A stretch of 64,000 nt of DNA from Octopus sinensis (Eukaryota), in assembly GCF_006345805.1 (NCBI RefSeq), contig NC_043012.1, forward strand, positions 2,108,001 through 2,172,000, read 5' to 3'. This document shows, piece after piece, positions 40,601 through 53,550 of this stretch. Each line of letters opens with the position of its first letter. The first letter of the stretch is position 1. The position numbers and the translations under genes are program-made. The notes beneath the pieces are model-generated. The model saw nothing but the letters and a program-made list of their open reading frames with translations, was not told the origin of the DNA and searched no databases.

Positions 40601-41152
40601 TAAAAATTACAAGCGTACAGTTTTACATGCACATCTTCATACACAACAGAAGTATCTACACACCCACTCACATACGTGTATGTTTGCACATGTATGTATA
40701 TGTGTGTGTGTGTATGGTGTGTGTGTGTATGTAAATATATGTATATATATACGTGTGTGTGTGTATATATATATATATATGTATGTATATATGTATGTAC
40801 ACTTTATATATAAATATATATTATATGTATGTTTATATAGACACACACACACACACACTCACACACGCACACACACACACACACTCACACACATACACAC
40901 ATATATATATATATGTATGTATACAGTTAGATAGATATGTATTATGGATATACATATACATACATATATATATATATACACACTCACACATGAATATATG
41001 AATGTATATGTATGTGTGTAGGTGTGTCTGCATATGTATGTATGTACGTATGTATGTGTGTGTGTGTGAGTATACGTATAAAATATACAGAATTTAACAA
41101 GGCAACATTCTTTCCATTAAAAAATGAGAGAAAGAGAAAGGGTAATAGAGAG

Positions 41153-41195
<43 letters not shown>

Positions 41196-43391
41196 AAGAA
41201 AGAGTATGCAAGAAAGCAAAAATGTGGGGAGACAGAAAAAGCTATGACAGAACAAAAAATAAATAAATAAAATAAAACACCCTCAAAAATAAAAAATAAT
41301 AAACAAAGAAATTGAAGAATTTTTGGATGAGAAATCAGAAAGTCTCTAAGAAACATATTGAAATGAGACTTACAGAAGAATTACTCTTTAAACATTCAGT
41401 TCTGTTATTGATTTTGCTAGATGTTGGTTTTAGTGAATCTTTCTCTTGCAATGAACGGACGGGATGTACAGGAGAAGTAGGTAGACAAGGTGAACTGTGG
41501 CAATCAGCTGAAAGAATAACACAAAAGAAAAAGAAAGAATGAAAGATGATTGAATAGACACGCACAGATATGCATACATATATATACATACATGGTTAGA
41601 CAGGTATTTCATTGTGTATATTGATATATGATGATCATCATCATCATTTAACGTCCGCTTTCCATGCTAGCATGGGTTGGATGGTTCAACTGGGGTCTGG
41701 GGAGCCCGAAGGCTGCACCAGGCCAGTCAGATCTGGCAGTGTTTCTACAGCTGGATGCCCTTCCTAACGCCAACCACTCCGAGAGTGTAGTGGGTGATTT
41801 TATGTGCCACCGACACAGGTGCCAGACGAGGCTGGCGAACGGCCACGCTCGGATGGTGTTTTTATGTGCCACTGACACAGGTGCCAGACGAGGCTGGCGA
41901 ACGGCCACGCTCGGATGGTGTTTTTATGTGCCACCGACACAGGTGCCAGACGAGGCTGGCGAATGGCCACGCTCGGATGGTGTTTTTATGTGCCACCGAC
42001 ACAGGTGCCAGACAAGGCTAGCAGACGACCACGCTCGGATGGTGTTTTTTTTTTTGTGCCACCGACACAGGAGCCAGATGAGGCTGGCGATCGGCCACGA
42101 TCGGATGGTGATTGTTATGTGCCCACAGCATGGAGGCCAGTCGGTACGGTACTGGCTACGGCCACGTTCGGATGGTTGTCTTGTGTGCCACCGGCACTGG
42201 TGCCACAAAGATACAAATTCCATTGATGTTCATCTATTTTGATTTTGTTTGATTTTTGATTTTTTGATTTTTTGATTTTTTTGATTTTCACTTGCCTCAA
42301 CAGGTCTTCACAAGTGTCACAAGAAGGAAGGTATGCACAGGTGGACTGACTACGTCCCAGGTAGGGGCCACGGGTTATGGCCTGACTAGTCTTGCCGGGT
42401 CTTCTCACGCACAGCATACTTCCATAGGTCTTGGTGAGACCTAAAGTTCGAAGGTCGTGCTTCACCACTTCGTCCCAGGTTTTCCTGGGTCTACCTCTTC
42501 CACAGGTTCCCTCAACTGCTAGGGTGTAGCACTTTTGCACACAACTATCTTCGGCCATTCTCGTCATATGACCATACCAGCGCAGCCATCTCTCTTGCAC
42601 ACCATAACTGACGCTTCTTAGGTTCAACTTTTCTCTCAAGGTACTTACACTCTGACGATTATGAGCACTGACATTACACATCCATCGGAGCATACTGGCT
42701 TCATTTCTTGCGAGCTTACGCATATCCTCAGCAGTCACGGCCCATGTTTCACTACCATGTAGCATGGCTGTACGTACACATGCATCATACAGTCTGCCTT
42801 TTACTCTGAGCGAGAGGCCTTTTGTCACCAGCAGGGGTAAGAGCTCTCTAAATTTTGCCCAGGCTATTCTTACTCTAGCAGTTACAGTTTCAGCACACCC
42901 ACCCCCGCTACTGACTTGGTCTCCTAGGTAGCGGAAGCTATCAACTACTTCTAGTTTGTCTCCCTGGAACGTGGTAGAAGTTGGTCTCTGCACATTTCCA
43001 GTGTTTATTTCTCCTGAGCATCTGCCACATAAGAAAACTATCTTCCCAGTTAGCCTACCTTTGACATTGCTGCACCTCTTATGTGTCCATAGCTTACACT
43101 TGGTGCACCTTATAGAGTTTCTACCTACACCTTTTTTACAGATCGAGCAGGACCATCTACCTGAAGTCGTTTGTGGTTGGTCCACCTTCCTACTTATTAG
43201 GACTTTGGTTTTGGCTAGGTTGATTCTAAGGCCTTTCGATTCTAATCCTTGTTTCCACACCTGAAACTGTAATTTCCGGGTTCATTCCCACTGCGTGGCA
43301 CCTTGGGCAAGTGTCTTCTACTATAGCCTCAGGCCGACCAAAGCCTTGTGAGTGGATTCAGTAGACAGAAACTGAAAAGAAGCCGGTCGTA

Positions 43392-43454
<63 letters not shown>

Positions 43455-43694
43455 ATATGTTTGTGTGTCTGTGTTTGTCCCCTAACATCGCTTGACGACC
43501 GATGGTGGTGTGTTTATGTCCCTGTAACTTAGCAGTTCGGCAAAAGAGACCGATAGAATAAGTACTAGGCTTCCAAATGAGTCCTGGGGTCGATTTGCTC
43601 GACTAAAGGCGGTGCTCCAGCATGGCTGCAGTCAAATGACTGAAATAAGTAAAAGAGTAAAGAGAATATGTATGCATGTACAGATACATGTGTA

Positions 43695-43728
<34 letters not shown>

Positions 43729-44324
43729 TATATATACACACATATGTGTAAATATATATACATATGTATATGTGTGTGTGTATATATGTATAGTTACTAT
43801 GTGGATATTTAGACCTCTTATAGGGATATTTTTATCCAAGATACGCTGGTTTAAAATATTGTATTGTGAAGAGATATTTCTTCAATGAATATATTATAAA
43901 ATATCAAATATTATTATTAAGTTTGAAAATGGAGAGATTCAATGGATATAAATTAATTAATTAATTAATTAATTATCATTGCCTACAATTGTTTCATTTC
44001 ACATCCAATTTAAATTACATAACATATATAAATATATAAGTTGGCATTTCATAATACTTTGCATGGAAAACCTTCAGGACATTAAAAAAGGACATTACAG
44101 AGATTACATTTTGATTGAATGAAATACTCCCACCAATCAAAATGTAATCTCTGTATTCATGCCCTGAAGATTTTCTACGCAAGTTATTTTGAAATGCAAA
44201 CTTATATATTTATGTATGTTTTGTAATTTAAATTGGATGTGAAATGAAACAATTGTAGGCAATGATAATTAATTAATTAATTAACTTATATCCATTGAAT
44301 CTCTCCATTTTCAAACTTAATATA

Positions 44325-44388
<64 letters not shown>

Positions 44389-44453
44389 TATATGATGATA
44401 TACATATATATCTATACATATATATATATATATACACACACATATATATGTAT

Positions 44454-44495
<42 letters not shown>

Positions 44496-44513
44496 GTATG
44501 TATTATCTATCTA

Positions 44514-44561
<48 letters not shown>

Positions 44562-45437
44562 CATATATATATATACACATACACATGTATATATAATATA
44601 TATATATATACTCACACACACACACATACACACTTATATGTATCTATATATACCATCATCAGCATATCAGTATTATTCATCATCATCTTTTAATGATCAC
44701 TTTTCCAGGCTTTCATGGGTAAGACAGAATTCATTGAGGCATATATACTACAGCTGGATGCTCTTCCTGCTGCCAATCCTCATCTGTTTTCAAGCAAGGT
44801 AATACTTCCAGACATTGCTGGGATGATTACAATACAATCTGCAATATCCATGGACATCAGGTAGGTCTTAATGTATTGTGCATAGCGATACAATAAAATA
44901 TTTATAAATTCCATCCATGGATTATTATTATTATTGTTACTATGTTTATCCTCTGTTATGTTGGCACAGCCTGGTACAATCCCATAAAACTGCTATTTCA
45001 AGTTAGGGAGCTGTAATATAACAGGAGATTTTATATGCATACTCAGAAATGTTCCCTGTAAATGAACTTAAAGGATATAATATATATTAGTCCAGCCTAT
45101 GCCAGCATGGAAAACAAACATCCATCACAACAGAATTAAGATCATGAAAACCAAGGTGTCATGTAAGAAAGCACCCAGTACACTCAGTGGAGTGGTTGGC
45201 GTTAGGAAGGGCATCCAGCAGTACAAACCTAGCCAAAACAGGCTATGGAACCTGGTGCAGCCCCTGGCCTCGACCGTTTCTGTCAAGTTGTCCAACACAT
45301 GCCTGCATGGAAAACAGATGTTAAATGGAACCAAATTTTACTCACAAGGGATTGGCCAACTCAAGGTATCTGGCTGTAAAAAATCTGCCTCAACAAATTC
45401 TATCTGACCTATACTAGCATTGAAAAGTAGACATTAA

Positions 45438-45469
<32 letters not shown>

Positions 45470-48276
45470 GAGGATGGTGTTACCATGGATATATGTCATT
45501 ATGTGTTTTATTACCATATTTTTATACAAACACACTGCCTTTTTTTTTTTGCAATTAATTTTCAGAATAATGAAGAATATATTGAAATAGCTTTGTCATT
45601 ACTAAGATAGTGTTTGGAATATAATTTAACATGGAATGTTAGTATAAAGTGTTAATTTAAATCCCTTTTAAAACAAGGAATTTGAATTGTAGAACAAAGG
45701 ATAGTTTCAGTTGGGTTGGCATCAAAAGCATCGAAGGGTAAAAACAATCCCCGACCCAAATAAAAGCAAACAAGAACAACAACAATAGCAAAAAGAATAA
45801 GAGGAGAAATAAAGATGAATTACATGAGCTCTGTGTATTACAGTTAGAGTCTGCGGATATTGCATGTGAAAGTTTGAACATCCATTCAATAACTTCAGCA
45901 CTACAAGACAAGAAGAAGAAGATGTTAAATTATAGAATTGAGAATATATCATTATGGAGTTTAAGAAAAATAGCAATAAAAAGGAAACAATAAGCAAATG
46001 TATAAACAAATAAATAAATAAATATGAAAACAGATACATAATAACAACAACAAGTATTCGCAAGTCAATGCAGGACTGTCTACGCAGTCACTTAAAATGT
46101 TGGAAATACCAAACAAATTTCACTCAAAATCACACTTTACCATAAAAGAAAGGAAAAGGACTGTTACAAAAGCCAGTGCTTCCTTGCTTGAAAAATTTTC
46201 TCAAGAAAGAAAGGACCGATGTATCTCTGTTTATTAAAAAATGACTTCCATATGTCCTTATAATAGGAGTTGGAGGAATCCCTGCTTGATGTGTGGGAGG
46301 GTATATACTCTCTCAACAAGGGCAGAGAATACGGAAGCATGCACCTATTATTTAAGATTGTGGCTGTAGTGAAAAACAAGGTAGGCAGGGCTTGAGTAGT
46401 ACAATATGTTGGCAGAAGAAACATAATGGTGAAGTCTAGTGACATTGGTACAATTGCTGATTTGTTAATTCTTGGCTCGTAGCCAACTTTGCTACACAAT
46501 ACAGATAGGTCAGGTTTTAAGAGATGACCAGTAACAAAATGTGGTCAGGTGAGGTCTGCATGTACACTGAGGTCTTGATGACTTTTTTAATTGCCAGAAT
46601 TTATTTAAGAAGAAATTTTGAATGAAAAGTATTGACCATTTCATACAACCAAAACAGCAAAACATTAACAATAAAGAGGCACAGTCTGCTGCTGCTATCA
46701 TCATTTGCAGAACAACAACAACAAAAGCCAATAAAGGAGCTTCTAGATGCCTGCTTGATCTGTTAGAAATAGCAGCTGAATTTCCTAAAAATCACAGTAT
46801 ATTCTTAAAAATGAAAACAACAAAAAAGGCCTATTCGTTAGTATAGTATTGTTGTTTGTTCCTTCTTGAACCACGCCTGGCTCATTAGGGCCGGTTTCCT
46901 GGTTTCCTTGGCGTACAGGTTCCCCACCTGGACGGGATGTCAGTCCGTTGCAGTTGAGCTGCAAGATCCAGGTGGAAAGAGTGAAAGAAAGTTGTGGTGA
47001 AAGAGTCAGCAGAAGTTTTGCCATTACCTTCTGCCGGAGTTGCGTGGAGCTTAGGTGTTTCGCTCATAATCACACACATCGCTCGGTCTGAGATTCGAAC
47101 CCGCGATCCCTTGACCGTAAGTCCGCTGCAGTGTAGTATTAGATGTACAAAAAAGATAGAATAGTCACAGGTGGAATGCTTTTGAACACAAGTTTGTTTG
47201 AACAGGGATGACTGGGGTTGAGCTACAACAACAACAATAACAAAGGAAAAAACACAGAAAAAGCATCATTTTTTTTTGTCCTCGTCCAGCTTACCTTTGT
47301 ATATGAGCAAATCCTGGAATGTATGCCTCCATCATCTCAACAAAATGTTGAAGATCAACATCATCCATTGATTCTGAACCATCAAATTCTTCAATTATGC
47401 AGTTGATGTAGTTAAGGACGATTTCGTCCACCATCCTGCAAAAAAAAAAAAGGAATATAAATATATATATATATATATCATCGTCATCATCATCGTTTAA
47501 CGTCTACTTTCCATGCTAGATGGGTTGGACGATTTGACTGAGGACTGGCGAACCAGATGGCTGCATCAGGCTCAGTCTGATCTGGAACTTTTTGTTTAAC
47601 TCTAGAGCTCTGGGAAACCCTGGTTGAGAAATGATGCCCTAACCACTCACGTGCTTCCACTTAACTTCACATATCCATCACTAGGTAACCATCACTACTA
47701 CTTTCAAAAGAAGTAATATGAGTTATGAGGATCATAACTTATTGTTTTTTCCAAAAACCTACAAAGGGGAGACACAAGATTCAACCTGGAATTGAACCTG
47801 TATCATAGGGTAAGTTTGTCATAAACTTACATTGGATGCTACACCATTCTTCCAGAAATGAGTGATGACTGTGCACATACACACACACACACTCTGCATC
47901 TATTGTTCTCTCCTAAAACTATTGGACCATTATCAGATTAAATAAAAAAAGTAAATACGTATGTGTGTATTTGTGCATGTATGTGTTTCTAGATATATGT
48001 GTGCATTCATATATATGTATATGCATACATGTATGTATACATATATATGTATGTGTATACACACACACACACATATATATGTGTGTAAATATATATATGT
48101 ACATATGCATGTATATATGTATGCATACATAAGCAGATACGTTCAGTGTATGCATGAAAATATTTATGTTTGTATGTTTGTAAGTGTAAATATATACCCC
48201 CATACACACATCTAAATACATAATATTTATCTACTAAAACCAACTACAATTTTCTCTCTCTCTTTCCCTATCTCTC

Positions 48277-48317
<41 letters not shown>

Positions 48318-48333
48318 TTATCTATTTATCTAT

Positions 48334-48371
<38 letters not shown>

Positions 48372-48376
48372 GTCTG

Positions 48377-48421
<45 letters not shown>

Positions 48422-48434
48422 TTATCTATCTATC

Positions 48435-48467
<33 letters not shown>

Positions 48468-48475
48468 TTATCTAT

Positions 48476-48507
<32 letters not shown>

Positions 48508-48515
48508 TTATCTAT

Positions 48516-48609
<94 letters not shown>

Positions 48610-51037
48610 GTCTACCTATCTATCTATCTCTTTTACCAAAATCAATAATGAGCTAACAAATAAATTGATCAGACCTGCTTTAGTAAATCTATCACTGATT
48701 ATATTAGAGTGTTGAGAGTTTGTATATAGAACGGTTTAGACAGGAAATGCATATAAATTTGTTAGATTTTCTCACTTCTTCACTTCTTTTGCATTCGTGA
48801 ATTCTCCGAAACTGGATGAAATCTAAGTATGTTGAAAACAGCAGTCAGCCTTATCGGTGCTTAAAATAGGACTTTGCTGTTTTCTGTTATTTCTGTGGCT
48901 AGACATAATACAATAGGCATAATACAAGTCGATGAGTATTTGAGCACTTATTTCTTCATTGACTTCTACCTGTCCAAATTGTGTGTGTGAGCAGGAATCA
49001 TTCCTGTCTGTATGTAACAGATCTATGTTTATGATTGTCTGTCATAGTAATTCTTGAGAGAAAGAGACAGGTGATTGGGGAAGAGTTAAGAAAAGAGAGT
49101 GAGAGGGAGGAAAGGAGATAAAGAGGGGAATAGATGTGGAGAGGGGGGAGATGGAGGGGAAATGAGAAGGAAAGAGAGAGAAGGAGAAGATACAGTAAGG
49201 AAGAGGGAGGGGAGAGAAAGAGGGTGGGGGGAAGATGGAGTGGGAGGGAGGAAAAGGGGAGAGGAAGGAAGAGAGAGGATGGGAGGAAGAGGAAAAGGGA
49301 ATAAGAAGGAGGAAAGGAGATAGAGAGAGGCAGAGTTAGGTATAGGGGGAAGAAGGAGGAAGGAAGAAGAAGAGGAAGGGAGAAAGAGAGGAAGAGGTAG
49401 GGAGGACATGGAGGGAAGAGAGAGGGTGGGAAGAAGTGGAAAATGGGTGATAAGGAGGAAAGGGGATAGAGAGATGGAGTTGGGGAGAGGAGGAGATAGA
49501 GGAGAAAGAGAAGAGAGAGAGCAGAAGGGAGGGTGAGATAAAGAGGGAGATAAGAAAAAAGAGAGAGAGAGAGCGAGAGAATGAGAGAGAGGACTGAGAC
49601 ACGGAGATTATTCACTGTTTCAAGGAAACCACTTGGCTTATCCTTAATTTACAGTTAGTGTGGTACTCCTCTCTCTCACTCTCTCTCTCTCTCATACACA
49701 CACACATCATATACACATACAGACACATGCAGACAGACACATACATGCATACACATACTTACACACATTCATGCTGCGCATAACTATTCTATCCCCAAAC
49801 CATTTGAAGAAGCCTTTACCTAGTTTATTTGAGCTCCATGAAAGAGAAGTCAAAAGCCTTTCTTATATCATATCCTAAAGGAAGGACACAGTGATTAATG
49901 ATACAGTCCTGCAAAATACAAGATGTGATTGTCATGTCTGGAGCACCTTAGATCATAGGTTTACTTGATCAAGATTGACCTGGACACAACTAATCTCTTC
50001 CTCATCACTGGTCATTATTGTCTAGATTGACTACATGCACACACTTACACTATACACTTACACACATTACACACAACATACACTTACACACAGCATACAC
50101 TTACACACACCACACACTTACACACACTATATGCTTACACACACTATACACTTACACACAACATACACTTACACACACCACACACTTACACACACCATAC
50201 ACTTACACACACCATACACTTACAAACACCACATTTACACACACCATACACTTACACACACCATACACTTACACACACCATACACTTACACACACCATAC
50301 ACTTACACACACCATACACTTACACACAACATACACTTACACACAGCATACACTTACACATACCACACACTATACACTTATACACACCATACACTTACAC
50401 ACACCACACACATACACACACCATACACTTACACACACCATACACTTACACACACCACACTTACACACACCACACACTTACACACACCATACACTTACAC
50501 ACAACATACACTTACACACAGCATACACTTACACACACCACACACTTACACTTATACACACTATACACTTACACACACACCATACACTTACACACACTAT
50601 ACACTTACACACACACCATACACTTACACACACCACACACTTACACACACCATACACTTACACACACCATGCACTTACACACACCACACTTATACACACC
50701 ATACACTTACACACACCACACTTACACACACCATACACTTACACACACCACACTTACACACACCATACACTTACACACACCACACACTTACACACACCAT
50801 ACACTTACACACATCACACACTTACACACAACATACACTTACACACACCATACACTTACACACACCATACACTTACACACACCACACTTACACACACCAT
50901 ACACTTACACACACCATACACTTATACACACCATACACTTACACACACCATACACTTACACACACCATACACTTTCACACACCACACACACCGTACACTT
51001 ACACACACTATACACTTACACACACACACATACACAC

Positions 51038-51075
<38 letters not shown>

Positions 51076-53229
51076 GTCTTGTGTCTGAGTACACCGTCTG
51101 ATTTATTAACTCTTCAATTTCCAGCCAATTTAGTACTTCTCACAAACTCACACACACACAAACAAAAATGCAGACATAGCTACTCTGTTGTTACCATTGT
51201 CACTGCTACTGCCACCATCACCTTTGTTTCGGTTGTCGTCATCATTGTCGTTGTCACCACCACCACCACCACCACCACCACCATCGTCATAGTCATCACC
51301 ATCATCATCATCATCATCACCATCAATACCTTCATCATCATCACCATCAATACCTTCATCATCTGTCACTGTTGCGTTGACTGATTTTCAGAGAGATTAC
51401 TCCATCTTTTACATAATTTACATCACCTGCTTGATTACTTCGCAATTTCCAGTCATTGTAGTAATTCTCATGTTATTTATTTTTTCTCTCTTATTTCTTA
51501 CTTCATTTACTGTCATCATCATCAGGTTTGCTAAGACAAGGAAACATTTATCCTTCATGATATTCTACTCAACTATACATGATAGACGTAGGTGTGGCTG
51601 CATGGTAAGAACTTTGCTTCTGAACCACATGGTTCTGGGTTCTGTCCCAGAGTGCGCCACCTTGGGCAAGTGTCTTCTACTATAGCTCCAGGCAGACTAA
51701 AGCCTTCTGAGTGGATTTGCTCTTTGCTCTTGTGAACAAGCTAGATGTGTATAGCAACTGCCAAAGTCCATTTGATATGGCCATCTTGTCATATCATCTA
51801 TGTGTGCCAACAAAAGAGCCTCTATGTGGTCGTTTGACCAGCTAGAAATAGTAAGTAAATTTCTCTCAAAATTCCAGCCCCCACTTCCAAAAAAAAAAGG
51901 ACACATTGAACAATTACAACTGTAAAATGTTTGGAAGAAAATAAGGAGAATGATCATGGCTGGAAAGTCTTTCATCATAGGTTTCCTCAATCACCACTGA
52001 CCTCGGGCTAAACAAAAAGAAAACCACCAACAGTATCAGTTCTACCATATCTTCTTGCCATCCTAAAACCCACACAAAACACTTTGCTTGATCCTTCTTT
52101 CCCAATCCTGTACACACTTTCCCCACAGGCATAACATCAGAAGTTCAAACTGAATCTAATCCATATGACCCACACTAGTCAATGGAAGGCTCATAAAGGC
52201 TTCAGGCATATTCTCTTTTAGCTTTTAAGTTTATATAAAAGCAAAAACCAAAAGAAACATAAAAGTGTTTGCAACACTGAATTCTTGTGGCGTATTCTTA
52301 GCAATGCCAAAAGATCTCACTTCAGACTAAGAATGTTGTTGTCTCTTTGATAAGTGGATCTTGGAGTGTTCCAGTTAGAAACTAAGATCATTCCATTGTT
52401 TACTTACATATTTGTCATTTTAGATGCTGGTTTAGGGGCCCTTTTAGCATCATATTATCATCATATACTTCAAGGCATTGGCTGCGAAACATCAGAGTAA
52501 TGGGAAACTCAGAACACCAAGAGAGTGAAGATTTGGCTTTGAATTAATGACTAAATTTCATTAAAATATATTGAGTTAATACGTTTTCTGCTAACATTTC
52601 TATATGGAATTGTGTATCAATATATGTATATATATCTATAGCACATAAACATAGTGTTTATATAGATACACACATGCTGATCTCAGGACCTTGGACCTCA
52701 TGGAAAATGAGATGACAAAGGACTAGGATGACTGGGGTTGGGGTCACGTGGTTCTCAAGAAGACCTTCCCAAGCTGGTGAACAGTGCATACACACACACA
52801 CACACACACACGCATATATATATGTATATGTATATATATATACTTTGAAATGGATGTGTGGCGTTCAAGTAAATAATAATATAAATTATATATATATATA
52901 TATATATATGCGTATATGGGTATAGGACATCACCAACAGAACACAACATGAAATACAAAAAGAAATGAGTTAAATACGCAAATAATGAGAGAGAAAAAAA
53001 GGACAAGTAACGCAAAGATTGACCTTTCATCAGTTGTCAGCTGTCTATCTACTCTCCATTTATATTATTTATAGTATATGTGTGTCTGCCTGTGTCGGTG
53101 TCTGTTCCCCAGCAATACTTGACAACTGGTGGTGGTGTGTTTACATCCCCATAACTTAGCAGTTTGGCAAAAGGAGACCGACAGAAGAATTACTAGGCTT
53201 CAAAAAACCAAATAATAGTAATAATGATG

Positions 53230-53280
<51 letters not shown>

Positions 53281-53453
53281 GCCCTTGGTTGATTTGTTCA
53301 AGTAAAACCCTTCAAGGCAGTGCTCCAGCATGGCATCAGTCAAATGATTGAAACAGATAAAAGATAACCAAATTCGATTAACACTGAGTGCTTCATGGAT
53401 ACCTGCCTGGAATTTTTAATCTCTTTTACTTCTTTAAATGTGTGTGTGTGTGT

Positions 53454-53550
<97 letters not shown>

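Noticed and set aside
41801-42205. CRISPR-like appearance of the regular 62-bp repeats
   Set aside because: Units are contiguous with no unique spacers, lie in an RTE 3'UTR, the context is eukaryotic and there are no cas genes.
42690-42740. CUGAGGA...GAAA hammerhead-like spacing on the minus strand
   Set aside because: Falls inside the RTE coding frame ([11 protein letters not shown]); no valid stem III/UH site or stem I.
46164-46499. 111-aa minus ORF between CUEDC2 exons 2 and 3
   Set aside because: No splice signals or CUEDC2 similarity; at most a very decayed LINE relic that I cannot assign.
50018-51384. 356-aa and 449-aa His/Thr-rich ORFs
   Set aside because: Translations of a 15-17-bp CA-rich minisatellite that happens to lack stops; no splice or domain support.
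53000-53045. CUGAUGA plus hairpin on the minus strand in a PLE-like remnant
   Set aside because: The GAAA half of the core is absent.
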